Assembly (NCBI GenBank): GCA_964016885.1
Contig: OZ024740.1
Coordinates: 104,346,001 to 104,410,000 of the forward strand
Reading direction: 5' to 3'
DNA from: Eledone cirrhosa
Taxonomy: Eukaryota
DNA length: 64,000 nt
Position numbers and translations under genes: made by a program. Shown piece after piece: positions 24,094-41,445 of the stretch (positions are counted from its first letter, which is position 1; every line of letters starts with the position of its first letter). The notes under the pieces were generated by a model. The model searched no databases. It was not told the DNA's origin and worked only from the letters and a program-made list of their open reading frames with translations.

Positions 24094-27000
24094 GCGTGTC
24101 TATCTACCCAACATCTGCACACTGTGTCTATCTACTCAACATCTACACACCGTGTCTATCTACTCAACATCTACAAACTGTGTTTATTTACTCAATATCT
24201 ACACACTGTGTCTATCTACACACCGTGTCTATCTACTCAACATCTACACACTGTCTATCTACTCAATATCTACACAACAAGTCTATCTACTCAATATCCA
24301 CACACGGTGTCTATCTACTCAACTTATACACACTGTCTATCTACTCAATATCTACACACCGTGTCTATCTACTCAATATCTACACACTGTGTCTATCTAC
24401 TCAACATCAACACACTGTCTCTATCTACTCAACATCTACACACTGTCTATATCTACTCAACATCTACACACTGTGTCTATCTACTCAATATCTACACACT
24501 GAGTTTATCTACTAAACATCTACACACTGTGTCTATCTACTCAACATCTACACACTGTGTCTATCTACTCAACATCTTCACACTGTGTCTATCTACTCAA
24601 TATCCACACAGTGTGTCTATCTACTCAATATCTACACACTGTGTCTATCTACTAAACATCTACACACTGTGTCTATCTACTCTACATCTACACACTGTGT
24701 CTATCTACTCAACATCCATACACTGTGTCTATTTACTCAATATCCACAGACTGTGTCTATCTACTCAACATCTACACACTGTGTCTATGTACTCAACATC
24801 CACATACTGTGTCTATTTACTCAACATCCACACACTGTGTCTATTTACTCAAAATCCACACAGTGTGTATATCTACTCAATATCCACACGCTGTCTATCT
24901 ACTCAACATCTACACACTGAGTCTATCTACTCAACATCTACACACTGTCTATCTACTCAATATCTACAGACTGTGTTTATCTACTCAATATCTACACACT
25001 GTGTCTATCTACTCAACATCCACCCACTGTCTCTATCTAGTCAACATCTACACACTGTCTCTATCTACTCAACATCTACACACTGTGTCTATCTACTCAA
25101 CATCCACACACTCTGCGTATCTACTCAATATCTACACACTGTGTCTATCTACTCAACATCTACACACTGTGTCTATCTACTCAACATCTACACACCGTGT
25201 CTATCTACTCAACATCTACACACTGTGTCTATCTACTCAACATCCACACACTGTGTCTATCCTGCTCACCATCCACACACGGTGTCTATCTACTCAACAT
25301 CTACTCACTGTGTCTATCTACTCAACATCTACACACTGTGTTGATTTACTCAATATCTACACACAGTGTCTATCTACTCAACATCTATACACTGTGTCTA
25401 TTTACTCAATATCCTCACACTGTCTATCTACTCAACATCTACACACTGTGTCTATCTACTCAACATCTACACGCCGTGTCTATCTACTCAATATCTACAA
25501 ACTGTGTCTCTTTACTCAATATCTACACACTGTGTCTATCTACTCGATATCTACACACCGTGTCTATCTAGTAAACATCTACACACTGTGTCTATCTACT
25601 CAACACCTACACACTGTGTCTATTTCCTCAATATCCACACACTGTCTATCTAGTCAATATCTACACACCGTTTCTATTTACTCAATATCTACACACTGTG
25701 TCTATCTACTCAACATCTAGACACTGTGTCTATCTACTCCACATCTACACGCTGTGTCTATCTACTCAACATCTACACACTGTGTCTATCTACTCAATAT
25801 CTACGCACTGTGTCTATCTACTCAACATCTACACACTGTGTCTATCTACTAGACATCCACACACTGTGTCTATTTACTCAATATCCACACACTGTGTCTA
25901 TCTACTAAACGTCTACACAATGTGTCTATCTACTCAACATCTACACACTGTGTCTACCTACTCAACATCTACACACTGTGTCTATCTACTCAACATCTAC
26001 ACACTGTGTCTATCTACTCCACATCTACACGTTGTGTCTATCTACTCAACTTCTACACACCGTGTCTATCTACTGAGTATATACACACTGTGTCTATCTA
26101 CTCTACATCCACACACTGTGTCTATCTACTCAATATCTACACACTGTGTCTATCTACTCAACATCTACACACTGTGTCTATCTACTCAATATCTACACAC
26201 TGTGTCTATCTACTCAACATCTACACACTGTGTCTATCTACTAGACATCCACACACTGTGTCTATTTACTCAATATCCACACACTGTGTCTATCTACTAA
26301 ACGTCTACACAATGTGTCTATCTACTCAACATCCACACACTGTGTCTATCTGCTCAACATCTACACACTGTGTCTACCTACTCAACATCTATACACTGTG
26401 TCTATCTACTCAACATCTACACACTGTGTCTATCTACTCAATATCTACACACTGTGTTTATCTACTCAATATCCACACACTGTGTCTGTCTATTCAACAT
26501 CTACACACTGTTTCAATCTACTCAACATCTACACACTGTGTCTATCTACTCAACATCTACACACTGTGTCTATCTACTAAACATCTACACACCGTGTCTA
26601 TCTACTCAATATCTACAAACTGTGTTTATTTACTCAATATCTACACACTGTGTCTATCTACACACCGTGTCTATCTACTCAACATCTACACACTGTCTAT
26701 CTACTCAATATCTACACACCGTGTCTATCTACTCAATATGCACACACGGTGTCTATCTACTCAATATCCTCACGCTGTGTCTATCTACTCAACATCAACA
26801 CACTGTCTCTATCTACTCAACATCTACACACTGTCTCTATCTACTCAACATCTACACACTGTGTCTCTCTACTCAATATCTACACACTGAGTTTATCTAC
26901 TAAACATCTACACACTGTGTCTATCTACTCAACATCTACACACTGTGTCTATCTACTCAACATCTACACACTGTGTCTATCTACTCAATATCCACACAGT

Positions 27001-30000
27001 GTGTCTATCTACTCAAAATCTACACACTGTGTCTATTTACTCAATATCCACACACTGTGTCTATCTACTCAACATCTACACACTGTGTCTATCTACTCAA
27101 CGTCCACACACTGTGTCTATTTACTCAATATCCACACACTGTGTCTATTTACTCTATATCCACACAGTGTGTCTATCTACTCAATATCTACACACTGTGT
27201 CTATCTACTCAGTATCTACACACTGTGTCTATCTACTCAACATCTACACACTGAGTCTATCTACTCAACATCTACACACTGTCTATCTACTCAATATCTA
27301 CACACTGTGTTTATCTACTCAATATCTACACACTGTGTCTATCTACTCAACATCCACACACTGTCTCTATCTAGTCAACATCTACACACTGTCTCTATCT
27401 AGTCAACATCTACACACTGTGTCTATCTACTCAACATCCACACACTGTGTCTATCTACTCAACATCTACACACCGTGTCTATCTACTCAACATCCACACA
27501 CCTTGTCTATCTACTCTACATCTACACACTGTGTCTATCTACTCAACATCTACACGCTGTGTCTATTTACTGAATATCTACACACTGTGCCAATTTACTC
27601 AACATCTACACACTGTGTCTATCTACTCAATATCTACACACTGTGTCTATCTACTCAACATCTACACACTGTCTATCTACTCAATATCTACACACTGTGT
27701 CTATCTACTCAACTTATACACACTGTCTATCTACTCAATATATACACACTGTGTCTATTTACTCATTATCTACACACTGTGTCTATTTACTCAATATCCA
27801 CACACTGTGTCTATCTACTCAACATCCACACACTGTGTCTATCTACTCAACATCTACACACTGTGTCTATGTACTCAACATCTACACACTGTGTCTATCT
27901 ACTCAACATCTACACACTGTGTCTATCTACTCAACATCTACACATTGTGTTTATCTACTCAACATCTACACACTGTGTCTATCTACTCCACATCTACACG
28001 CTGTGTCTATCTACTCAACATCTACACACCGTGTCTAGCTACGGAATATCTACACACTGTGTCTATCTACCCTAAATCCACACACTGTGTCTATCTACTC
28101 AATAACTACACACTGTGTCTATCTACTCAACATCTACACACTGTGTCTATCTACTCAATATCTACACACTGAGACTATCTACTCAACATCTACACACTGT
28201 GTCTATCTACTAGACATCCACACACTGTGTCTATTTACTCAATTTCCACACACTGTGTCTATCTCCTAAACATCTACACAATCTGTCTATCTACTCAACA
28301 TCCACACACTGTGTCTATCTATTCAACATCTACACACTGTGTCTTTCTACTCAACATCTACACACTGTGTCTATCTACTCAACATCTACACACTGTGACC
28401 ATCTACTCAACATCTACACAGCGTGTCTATCTACTCAACATCTACACACTGAGTCTATCTACTCAACATCTACACACCGTGTCTATCTACTCAACATCTA
28501 CAAACTGTGTTTATTTACTCAATATCTACACACTGTGTCTAGCTACACACCATGTCTATCTACTCAACATCTACACACTGTCTATCTACTCAATATCTAC
28601 ACACCGTGTCTATCTACTCAATATCCACACACGGTGTCTATCTACTCAACATCTACACACTGTCTATCTACTCAATATCTACACACCGTGTCTATCTACT
28701 CAATATCTACACACTGTGTCTATCTACTCAACATCTACACACTGTGTCTATCTACTCAACATCCATACACTGTGTCTACTTACTCAATATCCACAGACTG
28801 TGTCTATCTACTCAACATCTACACACTGTGTCTATGTACTCAACATCCACACACTGTGTCTATTTACTCAATATCCACACACTGTGTCTATTTACTCAAT
28901 ATCCACACAGTGTGTATATCTACTCAATATCCACACGCTGTCTATCTACTCAACATCTACACACTGAGTCTATCTACTCAACATCTACACACTGTCTATC
29001 TACTCAATATCTACAGACTGTGTTTATCTACTCAATATCTACACACTGTGTCTATCTACTCATCATCCACCCACTGTCTCTATCTAGTCAACATCTACAC
29101 ACTGTCTCTATCTACCCAACATCTACACACTGTGTCTATCTACTCAACATCCACACACTCTGCGTATCTACTCAATATCTACACACTGTGTCTATCTACT
29201 CAACATCTACACACTGTGTCTATCTACTCAACATCTACACACCGTGTCTATCTACTCAACATCTACACACTGTGTCTATTTACTGAATATCTACACATTG
29301 TGTCAATTTACTCAACATCTACACACTGTGTCTATCTACTCAATATCTACACACTGTGTCTATCTACTCAACATCTACACACTGTCTATCTACTCAATAT
29401 CCGGACACTGTGTCTATCTACTCAACATCTACACACTGTGTCTATCTTCTCAATATCTACACACTGTGTCTATCTACTCAACATCTACACACTGTGTCTA
29501 TCTACTAGACATCCACACACTGTGTCTATTTACTCAATATCCACACACTGTGTCTATCTACTAAACATCTACACAATCTGTCTATCTACTCAACATCCAC
29601 ACACTGTGTCTATCATCTCAACATCTACACACTGTGTCTACCTACTCAACTTCTACACACTGTGTCTATCTACTCAACATCTACACATTGTGTCTATCTA
29701 CTCAATATCTACACACTGTGTCTATCTACTCAATATCCACACACTGTGTCTATCTATTCAACATCTACACACTGTGTCTATCTACTCAACATCTACACAC
29801 TGTGTCTATCTACTCAACATCTACACAGCGTGTCTATCTACCCAACATCTGCACACTGTGTCTATCTACTCAACATCTACACACCGTGTCTATCTACTCA
29901 ACATCTACAAACTGTGTTTATTTACTCAATATCTACACACTGTGTCTATCTACACACCGTGTCTATCTACTCAACATCTACACACTGTCTATCTACTCAA

Positions 30001-33000
30001 TATCTACACAACAAGTCTATCTACTCAATATCCACACACGGTGTCTATCTAAACTTATACACACTGTCTATCTACTCAATATCTACACACCGTGTCTATC
30101 TACTCAATATCTACACACTGTGTCTATCTACTCAACATCAACACACTGTCTCTATCTACTCAACATCTACACACTGTCTATATCTACTCAACATCTACAC
30201 ACTGTGTCTATCTACTCAATATCTACACACTGAGTTTATCTACTAAACATCTACACACTGTGTCTATCTACTCAACATCTACACACTGTGTCTATCTACT
30301 CAACATCTACACACTGTGTCTATCTACTCAATATCCACACAGTGTGTCTATCTACTCAATATCTACACACTGTGTCTATCTACTAAACATCTACACACTG
30401 TGTCTATCTACTCTACATTTACACACTGCGTCTATCTACTCAACATCCATACACTGTGTCTATTTACTCAATATCCACAGACTGTGTCTATCTACTCAAC
30501 ATCCACACACTGTGTCTATTTACTCAATATCCACACACTGTGTCTATTTACTCAATATCCACACAGTGTGTATATCTACTCAATATCAACACGCTGTCTA
30601 TCTACTCAACATCTACACACTGAGTCTATCTACTCAACATCTACACACTGTCTATCTACTCAATATCTACAGACTGTGTTTATCTACTCAATATCTACAC
30701 ACTGTGTCTATCTACTCAACATCCACCCACTGTCTCTATCTAGTCAACATCTACACACTGTCTCTATCTACTCAACATCTACACACTGTGTCTATCTACT
30801 CAACATCCACACACTCTGCGTATCTACTCAATATCTACACACTGTGTCTATCTACTCAACATCTACACACTGTGTCCTTCTACTCAACATCTACACACCG
30901 TGTCTATCTACTCAACATCTACACACTGTGTCTATCTACTCAACATACACACACTGTGTCTATCCTGCTCACCATCCACACACGGTGTCTATCTACTCAA
31001 CATCTACTCACTGTGTCTATCTACTCAACATCTACACACTGTGTTGATCTACTCAATATCTACACACTGTGTCTATCTACTCAACATCTATACACTGTGT
31101 CTATTTACTCAATATCCTCACACTGTCTATCTACTCAACATCTACACACTGTGTCTATCTACTCAACATCAACACGCCGTGTCTATCTACTCAACATCTA
31201 CAAACTGTGTCTCTTTACTCAATATCTACACACTGTGTCTATCTACTCAATATCTACACACCGTGTCTATCTAGTAAACATCTACACACTGTGTCTATCT
31301 ACTCAACATCTACACACTGTGTCTATTTCCTCAATATCCACACACTGTCTATCTACTCAATATCTACACACCGTTTCTATTTACTCAATATCTACACACT
31401 GTGTCTATCTACTCAACATCTACACACTGTGTGTATCTACTCCACATCTAGACGTTGTGTCTATCTACTCAACATCTACACACTGTGTCTATCTACTCAA
31501 TATCTACGCACTGTGTCTATCTACTCAACATCTACACACTGTGTCAATCTACTAGACATCCACACACTGTGTCTATTTACTCAATATCCACACACTGTGT
31601 CTATCTACTAAACGTCTACACAATGTGTCTATCTACTCAACATCTACACACTGTGTCTACCTACTCAACATCTACACACTGTGTCTATCTACTCAACATC
31701 TACACACTGTGTCTATCTACTCCACATCTACACGCTGTGTCTATCTACTCAACTTCTACACACCGTGTCTATCTACTGAATATATACACACTGTGTCTAT
31801 CTACTCTACATCCACACACTGTGTCTATCTGCTCAATATCTACACAGTGTCTATCTACTCAACATCTACACACTGTGTCTATCCACTAGACATCCAAACA
31901 CTGTGTCTATTTACTCAATATCCACACACTGTGTCTATCTACTAAACGTCTACACAATGTGTCTATCTACTCAACATCCACACACTGTGTCTATCTGCTC
32001 AACATCTACACACTGTGTCTACCTACTCAACATCTATACACTGTGTCTACCTACTCAACATCTATACACTGTGTCTATCTACTCAACATCTACACACTGT
32101 GTCTATCTACTCCACATCTACACACTGTGTCTATCTACTCAATATCCACACATTGTGTCTGTCTATTCAACATCTACACACTGTGTCTATCTACTCAACA
32201 TCTACACACTGTGTCTATCTACTCAACATCTACACAGCGTGTCTATCTACTCAACATCTACACACTGTGTCTATCTACTCAACATCTACAAACTGTGTTT
32301 ATTTACTCAATATCTACACACTGTGTCTATCTACACACCGTGTCTATCTACTCAACATCTACACACTGTCTATCTACTCAATATCTACACACCGTGTCTA
32401 TCTACTCAATATGCACACACGGTGTCTATCTACTCAACATCTACACACTGTCTATCTACTCAATATCTACACACCGTGTCTATCTACTCAATATCTACAC
32501 ACTGTGTCTATCTACTCAACATCAACACACTGTCTCTATCTACTCAACATCTACACACTGTCTCTATCTACTCAACATCTACACACTGTGTCTCTCTACT
32601 CAATATCTACACACTGAGTTTATCTACTAAACATCTACACACTGTGTCTATCTACTCAACATCTACACACTGTGTCTATCTACTCAATATCCACACAGTG
32701 TGTCTATCTAATCAATATCTACACACTGTGTCTATTTACTCAATATCCACACACTGTGTCTATCTACTCAACATCTACACACTGTGTCTATCTACTCAAC
32801 GTCCACACACTGTGTCTATTTACTCAATATCCACACACTGTGTCTATTTACTCAATATCCACACAGTGTGTCTATCTACTCAATATCTACACACTGTGTC
32901 TATGTACTCAATATCTACACACTGTGTCTATCTACTCAACATCTACACACTGAGTCAATCTACTCAACATCTACACACTGTCTATCTACTCAATATCTAC

Positions 33001-33810
33001 ACACTGTGTTTATCTACTCAATATCTACACACTGTGTCTATCTACTCAACATCCACACACTGTCTCTATCTAGTCAACATCTACACACTGTCTCTATCTA
33101 GTCAACATCTACACACTGTGTCTATCTAATCAACATCCACACACTCTGCGTATCTACTCAATATCTACACACTGTGTCTATCTACTCAACATCTACACAC
33201 TGTGTCTATCTACTCAACATCCAAACACCTTGTCTATCTACTCTACATCTACACAATGTGTCTATCTACTCAACATCTACACGCTGTGTCTATTTACTGA
33301 ATATCTACACACTGTGCCAATTTACTCAACATCTACACACTGTGTTTATCTACTCAACATCTACACACTGTGTCTATCTACTCCACATCTATACGCTGTG
33401 TCTATCTACTCAACATCTACACACCGTGTCTAGGTACGGAATATCTACACACTGTGTCTATCTACTCAACTTATACACACTGTCTATCTACTCAATATAT
33501 ACACACTGTGTCTATTTACTCATTATCTACACACTGTGTCTATTTACTCAATATCCACCCACTGTGTCTATCTACTCAACATCCACACACTGTGTCTATC
33601 TACTCAACATCTACACACTGTGTCTATCTACTCAACATCTACACACTGTGTCTATCTACTCAACATCTACACTCTGTGTCTATCTACTCCACATCTATAC
33701 GCTGTGTCTATCTACTCAACATCTACACACCGTGTCTATGTACGGAATATCTACACACTGTGTCTATCTACTCAACATCTACACACTGTGTCTATCTACT
33801 CAATATCTAC

Positions 33811-36800
33811 ACAGTGAGTCTATCTACTCAACATCTACACACTGTGTCTATCTACTAAACATCTACACAATCTGTCTATCTACTCAACATCCACACACTG
33901 TGTCTATCTATTCAACATCTACACACTGTGTCTTTCTACTCAACATCTACACACTGTGTCCATCTACTCAACATCTACACAGCGTGTCTATCTACTCAAC
34001 ATCTACACACTGAGTCTATCTACTCAACATCTACACACCGTGTCTATCTACTCAACATCTACAAACTGTGTTTATTTACTCAATATCTACACACTGTGTC
34101 TATCTACACACCGTGTCTATCTACTCAACATCTACACACTGTCTATCTACTCAATATGTACACACCGTGTCTATCTACTCAATATCCACACACGGTGTCT
34201 ATCTACTCAACATCTACACACTGACTATCTACTCAATATCTACACACCGTGTCTATCTACTCAATATCTACACACTGTGTCTATCTACTCAACATCAACA
34301 CACTGTCTCTATCTACTCAACATCTACACACTGTGTCTATCTACTCAACATCTACACACTGTGTCTATCTACTAAACATCTACACACTGTGTCTATCTAC
34401 TCAATATCCACACAGTGTGTCTATCTACTCAATATCTACACACAGTGTCTATCTACTCAACATCTACACACTGTGTCTATCTACTCAACATCCATACACT
34501 GTGTCTATTTACTCAATATCCACACACTGTGTCTATCTACTCAACATCTACACACTGTGTCTATGTACTCAACATCCACACACTGTGTCTATTTACTCAA
34601 TATCCACACAGTGTGTATATCTACTCAATATCCACACGCTGTCTATCTACTCAACATCTACACACTGAGTCTATCTACTCAACATCTACACACTGTCTAT
34701 CTACTCAATATCTACAGACTGTGTTTATCTACTCAATATCTACACACTGTGTCTATCTACTCATCATCCACCCACTGTCTCTATCTAGTCAACATCTACA
34801 CACTGTCTCTATCTACTCAACATCTACACACTGTGTCTATCTACTCAACATCCACACACTCTGCGTATCTACTCAATATCTACACACTGTGTCTATCTAC
34901 TCAACATCTACACACTGTGTCTATCTACTCAACATCTACACACCGTGTCTATCTACTCAACATCTACACACTGTGTCTATCTACTCAACATCCACACACT
35001 CTGCGTATCTACTCAATATCTACACACTGTGTCTATCTACTCAATATCTACACACTGTGTCTATCTACTCAACATCTACACACTGTCTATCTACTCAATA
35101 TCCGGACACTGTGTCTATCTACTCAACATCTACACACTGTGTCTATCTTCTCAATATCTACACACTGTGTCTATCTACTCAACATCTACACACTGTGTCT
35201 ATCTACTAGACATCCACACACTGTGTCTATTTACTCAATATCCACACACTGTGTCTATCTACTAAACATCTACACAATCTGTCTATCTACTCAACATCCA
35301 CACACTGTGTCTATCATCTCAACATCTACACACTGTGTCTACCTACTCAACTTCTACACACTGTGTCTATCTACTCAACATCTACACATTGTGTCTATCT
35401 ACTCAATATCTACACACTGTGTCTATCTACTCAATATCCACACACTGTGTCTATCTATTCAACATCTACACACTGTGTCTATCTACTCAACATCTACACA
35501 CTCTGTCTATCTACTCAACATCTACACACTGTGTCTATCTACTCAACATCTACACAGCGTGTCTATCTACCCAACATCTGCACACTGTGTCTATCTACTC
35601 AACATCTACACACCGTGTCTATCTACTCAACATCTACAAACTGTGTTTATTTACTCAATATCTACACACTGTGTCTATCTACACACCGTGTCTATCTACT
35701 CAACATCTACACACTGTCTATCTACTCAATATCTACACAACAAGTCTATCTACTCAATATCCACACACGGTGTCTATCTAAACTTATACACACTGTCTAT
35801 CTACTCAATATCTACACACCGTGTCTATCTACTCAATATCTACACACTGTGTCTATCTACTCAACATCAACACACTGTCTCTATCTACTCAACATCTACA
35901 CACTGTCTATATCTACTCAACATCTACACACTGTGTCTATCTACTCAATATCTACACACTGAGTTTATCTACTAAACATCTACACACTGTGTCTATCTAC
36001 TCAACATCTACACACTGTGTCTATCTACTCAACATCTACACACTGTGTCTATCTACTCAATATCCACACAGTGTGTCTATCTACTCAATATCTACACACT
36101 GTGTCTATCTACTAAACATCTACACACTGTGTCTATCTACTCTACATCTACACACTGTGTCTATCTACTCAACATCCATACACTGTGTCTATTTACTCAA
36201 TATCCACAGACTGTGTCTATCTACTCAACATCCACACACTGTGTCTATTTACTCAATATCCACACACTGTGTCTATTTACTCAATATCCACACAGTGTGT
36301 ATATCTACTCAATATCAACACGCTGTCTATCTACTCAACATCTACACACTGAGTCTATCTACTCAACATCTACACACTGTCTATCTACTCAATATCTACA
36401 GACTGTGTTTATCTACTCAATATCTACACACTGTGTCTATCTACTCAACATCCACCCACTGTCTCTATCTAGTCAACATCTACACACTGTCTCTATCTAC
36501 TCAACATCTACACACTGAGTCTATCTACTCAACATCCACACACAGTGTCTATCTACTCAACATCTACACACTGTGTCTATCTACTCAACATACACACACT
36601 GTGTCTATCCTGCTCACCATCCACACACGGTGTCTATCTACTCAACATCTACTCACTGTGTCTATCTACTCAACATCTACACACTGTGTTGATCTACTCA
36701 ATATCTACACACTGTGTCTATCTACTCAACATCTATACACTGTGTCTATTTACTCAATATCCTCACACTGTCTATCTACTCAACATCTACACACTGTGTC

Positions 36801-39800
36801 TATCTACTCAACATCAACACGCCGTGTCTATCTACTCAACATCTACAAATTGTGTCTCTTTACTCAATATCTACACACTGTGTCTATCTACTCAATATCT
36901 ACACACCGTGTCTATCTAGTAAACATCTACACACTGTGTCTATCTACTCAACATCTACACACTGTGTCTATTTCCTCAATATCCACACACTGTCTATCTA
37001 CTCAATATCTACACACCGTTTCTATTTACTCAATATCTACACACTGTGTCTATCTACTCAACATCTACACACTGTGTGTATCTACTCCACATCTACACGT
37101 TGTGTCTATCTACTCAACATCTACACACTGTGTCTATCTACTCAATATCTACGCACTGTGTCTATCTACTCAACATCTACACACTGTGTCAATCTACTAG
37201 ACATCCACACACTGTGTCTATTTACTCAATATCCACACACTGTGTCTATCTACTAAACGTCTACACAATGTGTCTATCTACTCAACATCTACACACTGTG
37301 TCTACCTACTCAACATCTACACACTGTGTCTATCTACTCAACATCTACACACTGTGTCTATCTACTCAACATCTACACACTGTGTCTATCTACTCCACAT
37401 CTACACGCTGTGTCTATCTACTCAACTTCTACACACCGTGTCTATCTACTGAATATATACACACTGTGTCTATCTACTCTACATCCACACACTGTGTCTA
37501 TCTACTCAATATCTACACACTGTGTCTATCTACTCAACATCTACACACTGTGTCTAACCACTAGACATCCACACACTGTGTCTATTTACTCAATATCCAC
37601 ACACTGTGTCTATCTACTAAACGTCTACACAGTGAGTCTATCTACTCAACATCTACACACTGTGTCTATCTACTAAACATCTACACAATCTGTCTATCTA
37701 CTCAACATCCACACACTGTGTCTATCTATTCAACATCTACACACTGTGTCTTTCTACTCAACATCTACACACTGTGTCCATCTACTCAACATCTACACAG
37801 CGTGTCTATCTACTCAACATCTACACACTGAGTCTATCTACTCAACATCTACACACCGTGTCTATCTACTCAACATCTACAAACTGTGTTTATTTACTCA
37901 ATATCTACACACTGTGTCTATCTACACACCGTGTCTATCTACTCAACATCTACACACTGTCTATCTACTCAATATGTACACACCGTGTCTATCTACTCAA
38001 TATCCACACACGGTGTCTATCTACTCAACATCTACACACTGTCTATCTACTCAATATCTACACACCGTGTCTATCTACTCAATATCTACACACTGTGTCT
38101 ATCTACTCAACATCAACACACTGTCTCTATCTACTCAACATCTACACACTGTGTCTATCTACTCAACATCTACACACTGTGTCTATCTACTAAACATCTA
38201 CACACTGTGTCTATCTACTCAATATCCACACAGTGTGTCTATCTACTCAATATCTACACACAGTGTCTATCTACTCAACATCTACACACTGTGTCTATCT
38301 ACTCAACATCCATACACTGTGTCTATTTACTCAATATCCACACACTGTGTCTATCTACTCAACATCTACACACTGTGTCTATGTACTCAACATCCACACA
38401 CTGTGTCTATTTACTCAATATCCACACAGTGTGTATATCTACTCAATATCCACACGCTGTCTATCTACTCAACATCTACACACTGAGTCTATCTACTCAA
38501 CATCTACACACTGTCTATCTACTCAATATCTACAGACTGTGTTTATCTACTCAATATCAACACACTGTGTCTATCTACTCATCATCCACCCACTGTCTCT
38601 ATCTAGTCAACATCTACACACTGTCTCTATCTACTCAACATCTACACACTGTGTCTATCTACTCAACATCCACACACTCTGCGTATCTACTCAATATCTA
38701 CACACTGTGTCTATCTACTCAACATCTACACACTGTGTCTATCTACTCAACATCTACACACCGTGTCTAACTACTCAACATCTACACACTGTGTCTATCT
38801 ACTCAACATCCACACACTCTGCGTATCTACTCAATATCTACACACTGTGTCTATCTACTCAATATCTACACACTGTGTCTATCTACTCAACATCTACACA
38901 CTGTCTATCTACTCAATATCCGGACACTGTCTCTATCTACTCAACATCTACACACTGTGTCTATCTTCTCAATATCTACACACTGTGTCTATCTACTCAA
39001 CATCTACACACTGTGTCTATCTACTAGACATCCACACACTGTGTCTATTTACTCAATATCCACACACTGTGTCTATCTACTAAACATCTACACAATCTGT
39101 CTATCTACTCAACATCCACACACTGTGTCTATCATCTCAACATCTACACACTGTGTCTACCTACTCAACTTCTACACACTGTGTCTATCTACTCAACATC
39201 TACACATTGTGTCTATCTACTCAATATCTACACACTGTGTCTATCTACTCAATATCCACACACTGTGTCTATCTATTCAACATCTACACACTGTGTCTAT
39301 CTACTCAACATCTACACACTCTGTCTCTCTACTCAACATCTACACACTGTGTCTATCTACTCAACATCTACACAGCGTGTCTATCTACCCAACATCTGCA
39401 CACTGTGTCTATCTACTCAACATCTACACACCGTGTCTATCTACTCAACATCTACAAACTGTGTTTATTTACTCAATATCTACACACTGTGTCTATCTAC
39501 ACACCGTGTCTATCTACTCAACATCTACACACTGTCTATCTACTCAATATCTACACAACAAGTCTATCTACTCAATATCCACACACGGTGTCTATCTAAA
39601 CTTATACACACTGTCTATCTACTCAATATCTACACACCGTGTCTATCTACTCAATATCTACACACTGTGTCTATCTACTCAACATCAACACACTGTCTCT
39701 ATCTACTCAACATCTACACACTGTCTATATCTACTCAACATCTACACACTGTGTCTATCTACTCAATATCTACACACTGAGTTTATCTACTAAACATCTA

Positions 39801-41445
39801 CACACTGTGTCTATCTACTCAACATCTACACACTGTGTCTATCTACTCAACACCTACACACTGTGTCTATCTACTCAATATCCACACAGTGTGTCTATCT
39901 ACTCAATATCTACACACTGTGTCTATCTACTAAACATCTACACACTGTGTCTATCTACTCTACATCTACACACTGTGTCTATCTACTCAACATCCATACA
40001 CTGTGTCTATTTACTCAATATCCACAGACTGTGTCTATCTACTCAACATCCACACACTGTCTATTTACTCAATATCCACACACTGTGTCTATTTACTAAA
40101 TATCCACACAGTGTGTATATCTACTCAATATCAACACGCTGTCTATCTACTCAACATCTACACACTGAGTCTATCTACTCAACATCTACACACTGTCTAT
40201 CTACTCAATATCTACAGACTGTGTTTAGCTACTCAATATCTACACACTGTGTCTATCTACTCAACATCCACCCACTGTCTCTATCTAGTCAACATCTACA
40301 CACTGTCTCTATCTACTCAACATCTACACACTGAGTCTATCTACTCAACATCCACACACCGTGTCTATCTACTCAACATCTACACACTGTGTCTATCTAC
40401 TCAACATACACACACTGTGTCTATCCTGCTCACCATCCACACACGGTGTCTATCTACTCAACATCTACTCACTGTGTCTATCTACTCAACATCTACACAC
40501 TGTGTTGATCTACTCAATATCTACACACTGTGTCTATCTACTCAACATCTATACACTGTGTCTATTTACTCAATATCCTCACACTGTCTATCTACTCAAC
40601 ATCTACACACTGTGTCTATCTACTCAACATCAACACGCCGTGTCTATCTACTCAACATCTACAAATTGTGTCTCTTTACTCAATATCTACACACTGTGTC
40701 TATCTACTCAATATCTACACACCGTGTCTATCTAGTAAACATCTACACACTGTGTCTATCTACTCAACATCTACACACTGTGTCTATTTCCTCAATATCC
40801 ACACACTGTCTATCTACTCAATATCTACACACCGTTTCTATTTACTCAATATCTACACACTGTGTCTATCTACTCAACATCTACACACTGTGTGTATCTA
40901 CTCCACATCTACACGTTGTGTCTATCTACTCAACATCTACACACTGTGTCTATCTACTCAATATCTACGCACTGTGTCTATCTACTCAACATCTACACAC
41001 TGTGTCAATCTACTAGACATCCACACACTGTGTCTATTTACTCAATATCCACACACTGTGTCTATCTACTAAACGTCTACACAATGTGTCTATCTACTCA
41101 ACATCTACACACTGTGTCTACCTACTCAACATCTACACACTGTGTCTATCTACTCAACATCTACACACTGTGTCTATCTACTCAACATCTACACACTGTG
41201 TCTATCTACTCCACATCTACACGCTGTGTCTATCTACTCAACTTCTACACACCGTGTCTATCTACTGAATATATACACACTGTGTCTATCTACTCTACAT
41301 CCACACACTGTGTCTATCTACTCAATATCTACACACTGTGTCTATCTACTCAACATCTACACACTGTGTCTATCCACTAGACATCCACACACTGTGTCTA
41401 TTTACTCAATATCCACACACTGTGTCTATCTACTAAACGTCTACA
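33811..41445 (+). repeat. Higher-order tandem duplication, ~3818-bp unit x2
   Basis: Offsets 3818/3816 (33928/37746, 35335/39153, 36545/40361, 37326/41142). Marker acagtgagtc at 33811 and 37629. Confidence 0.85.
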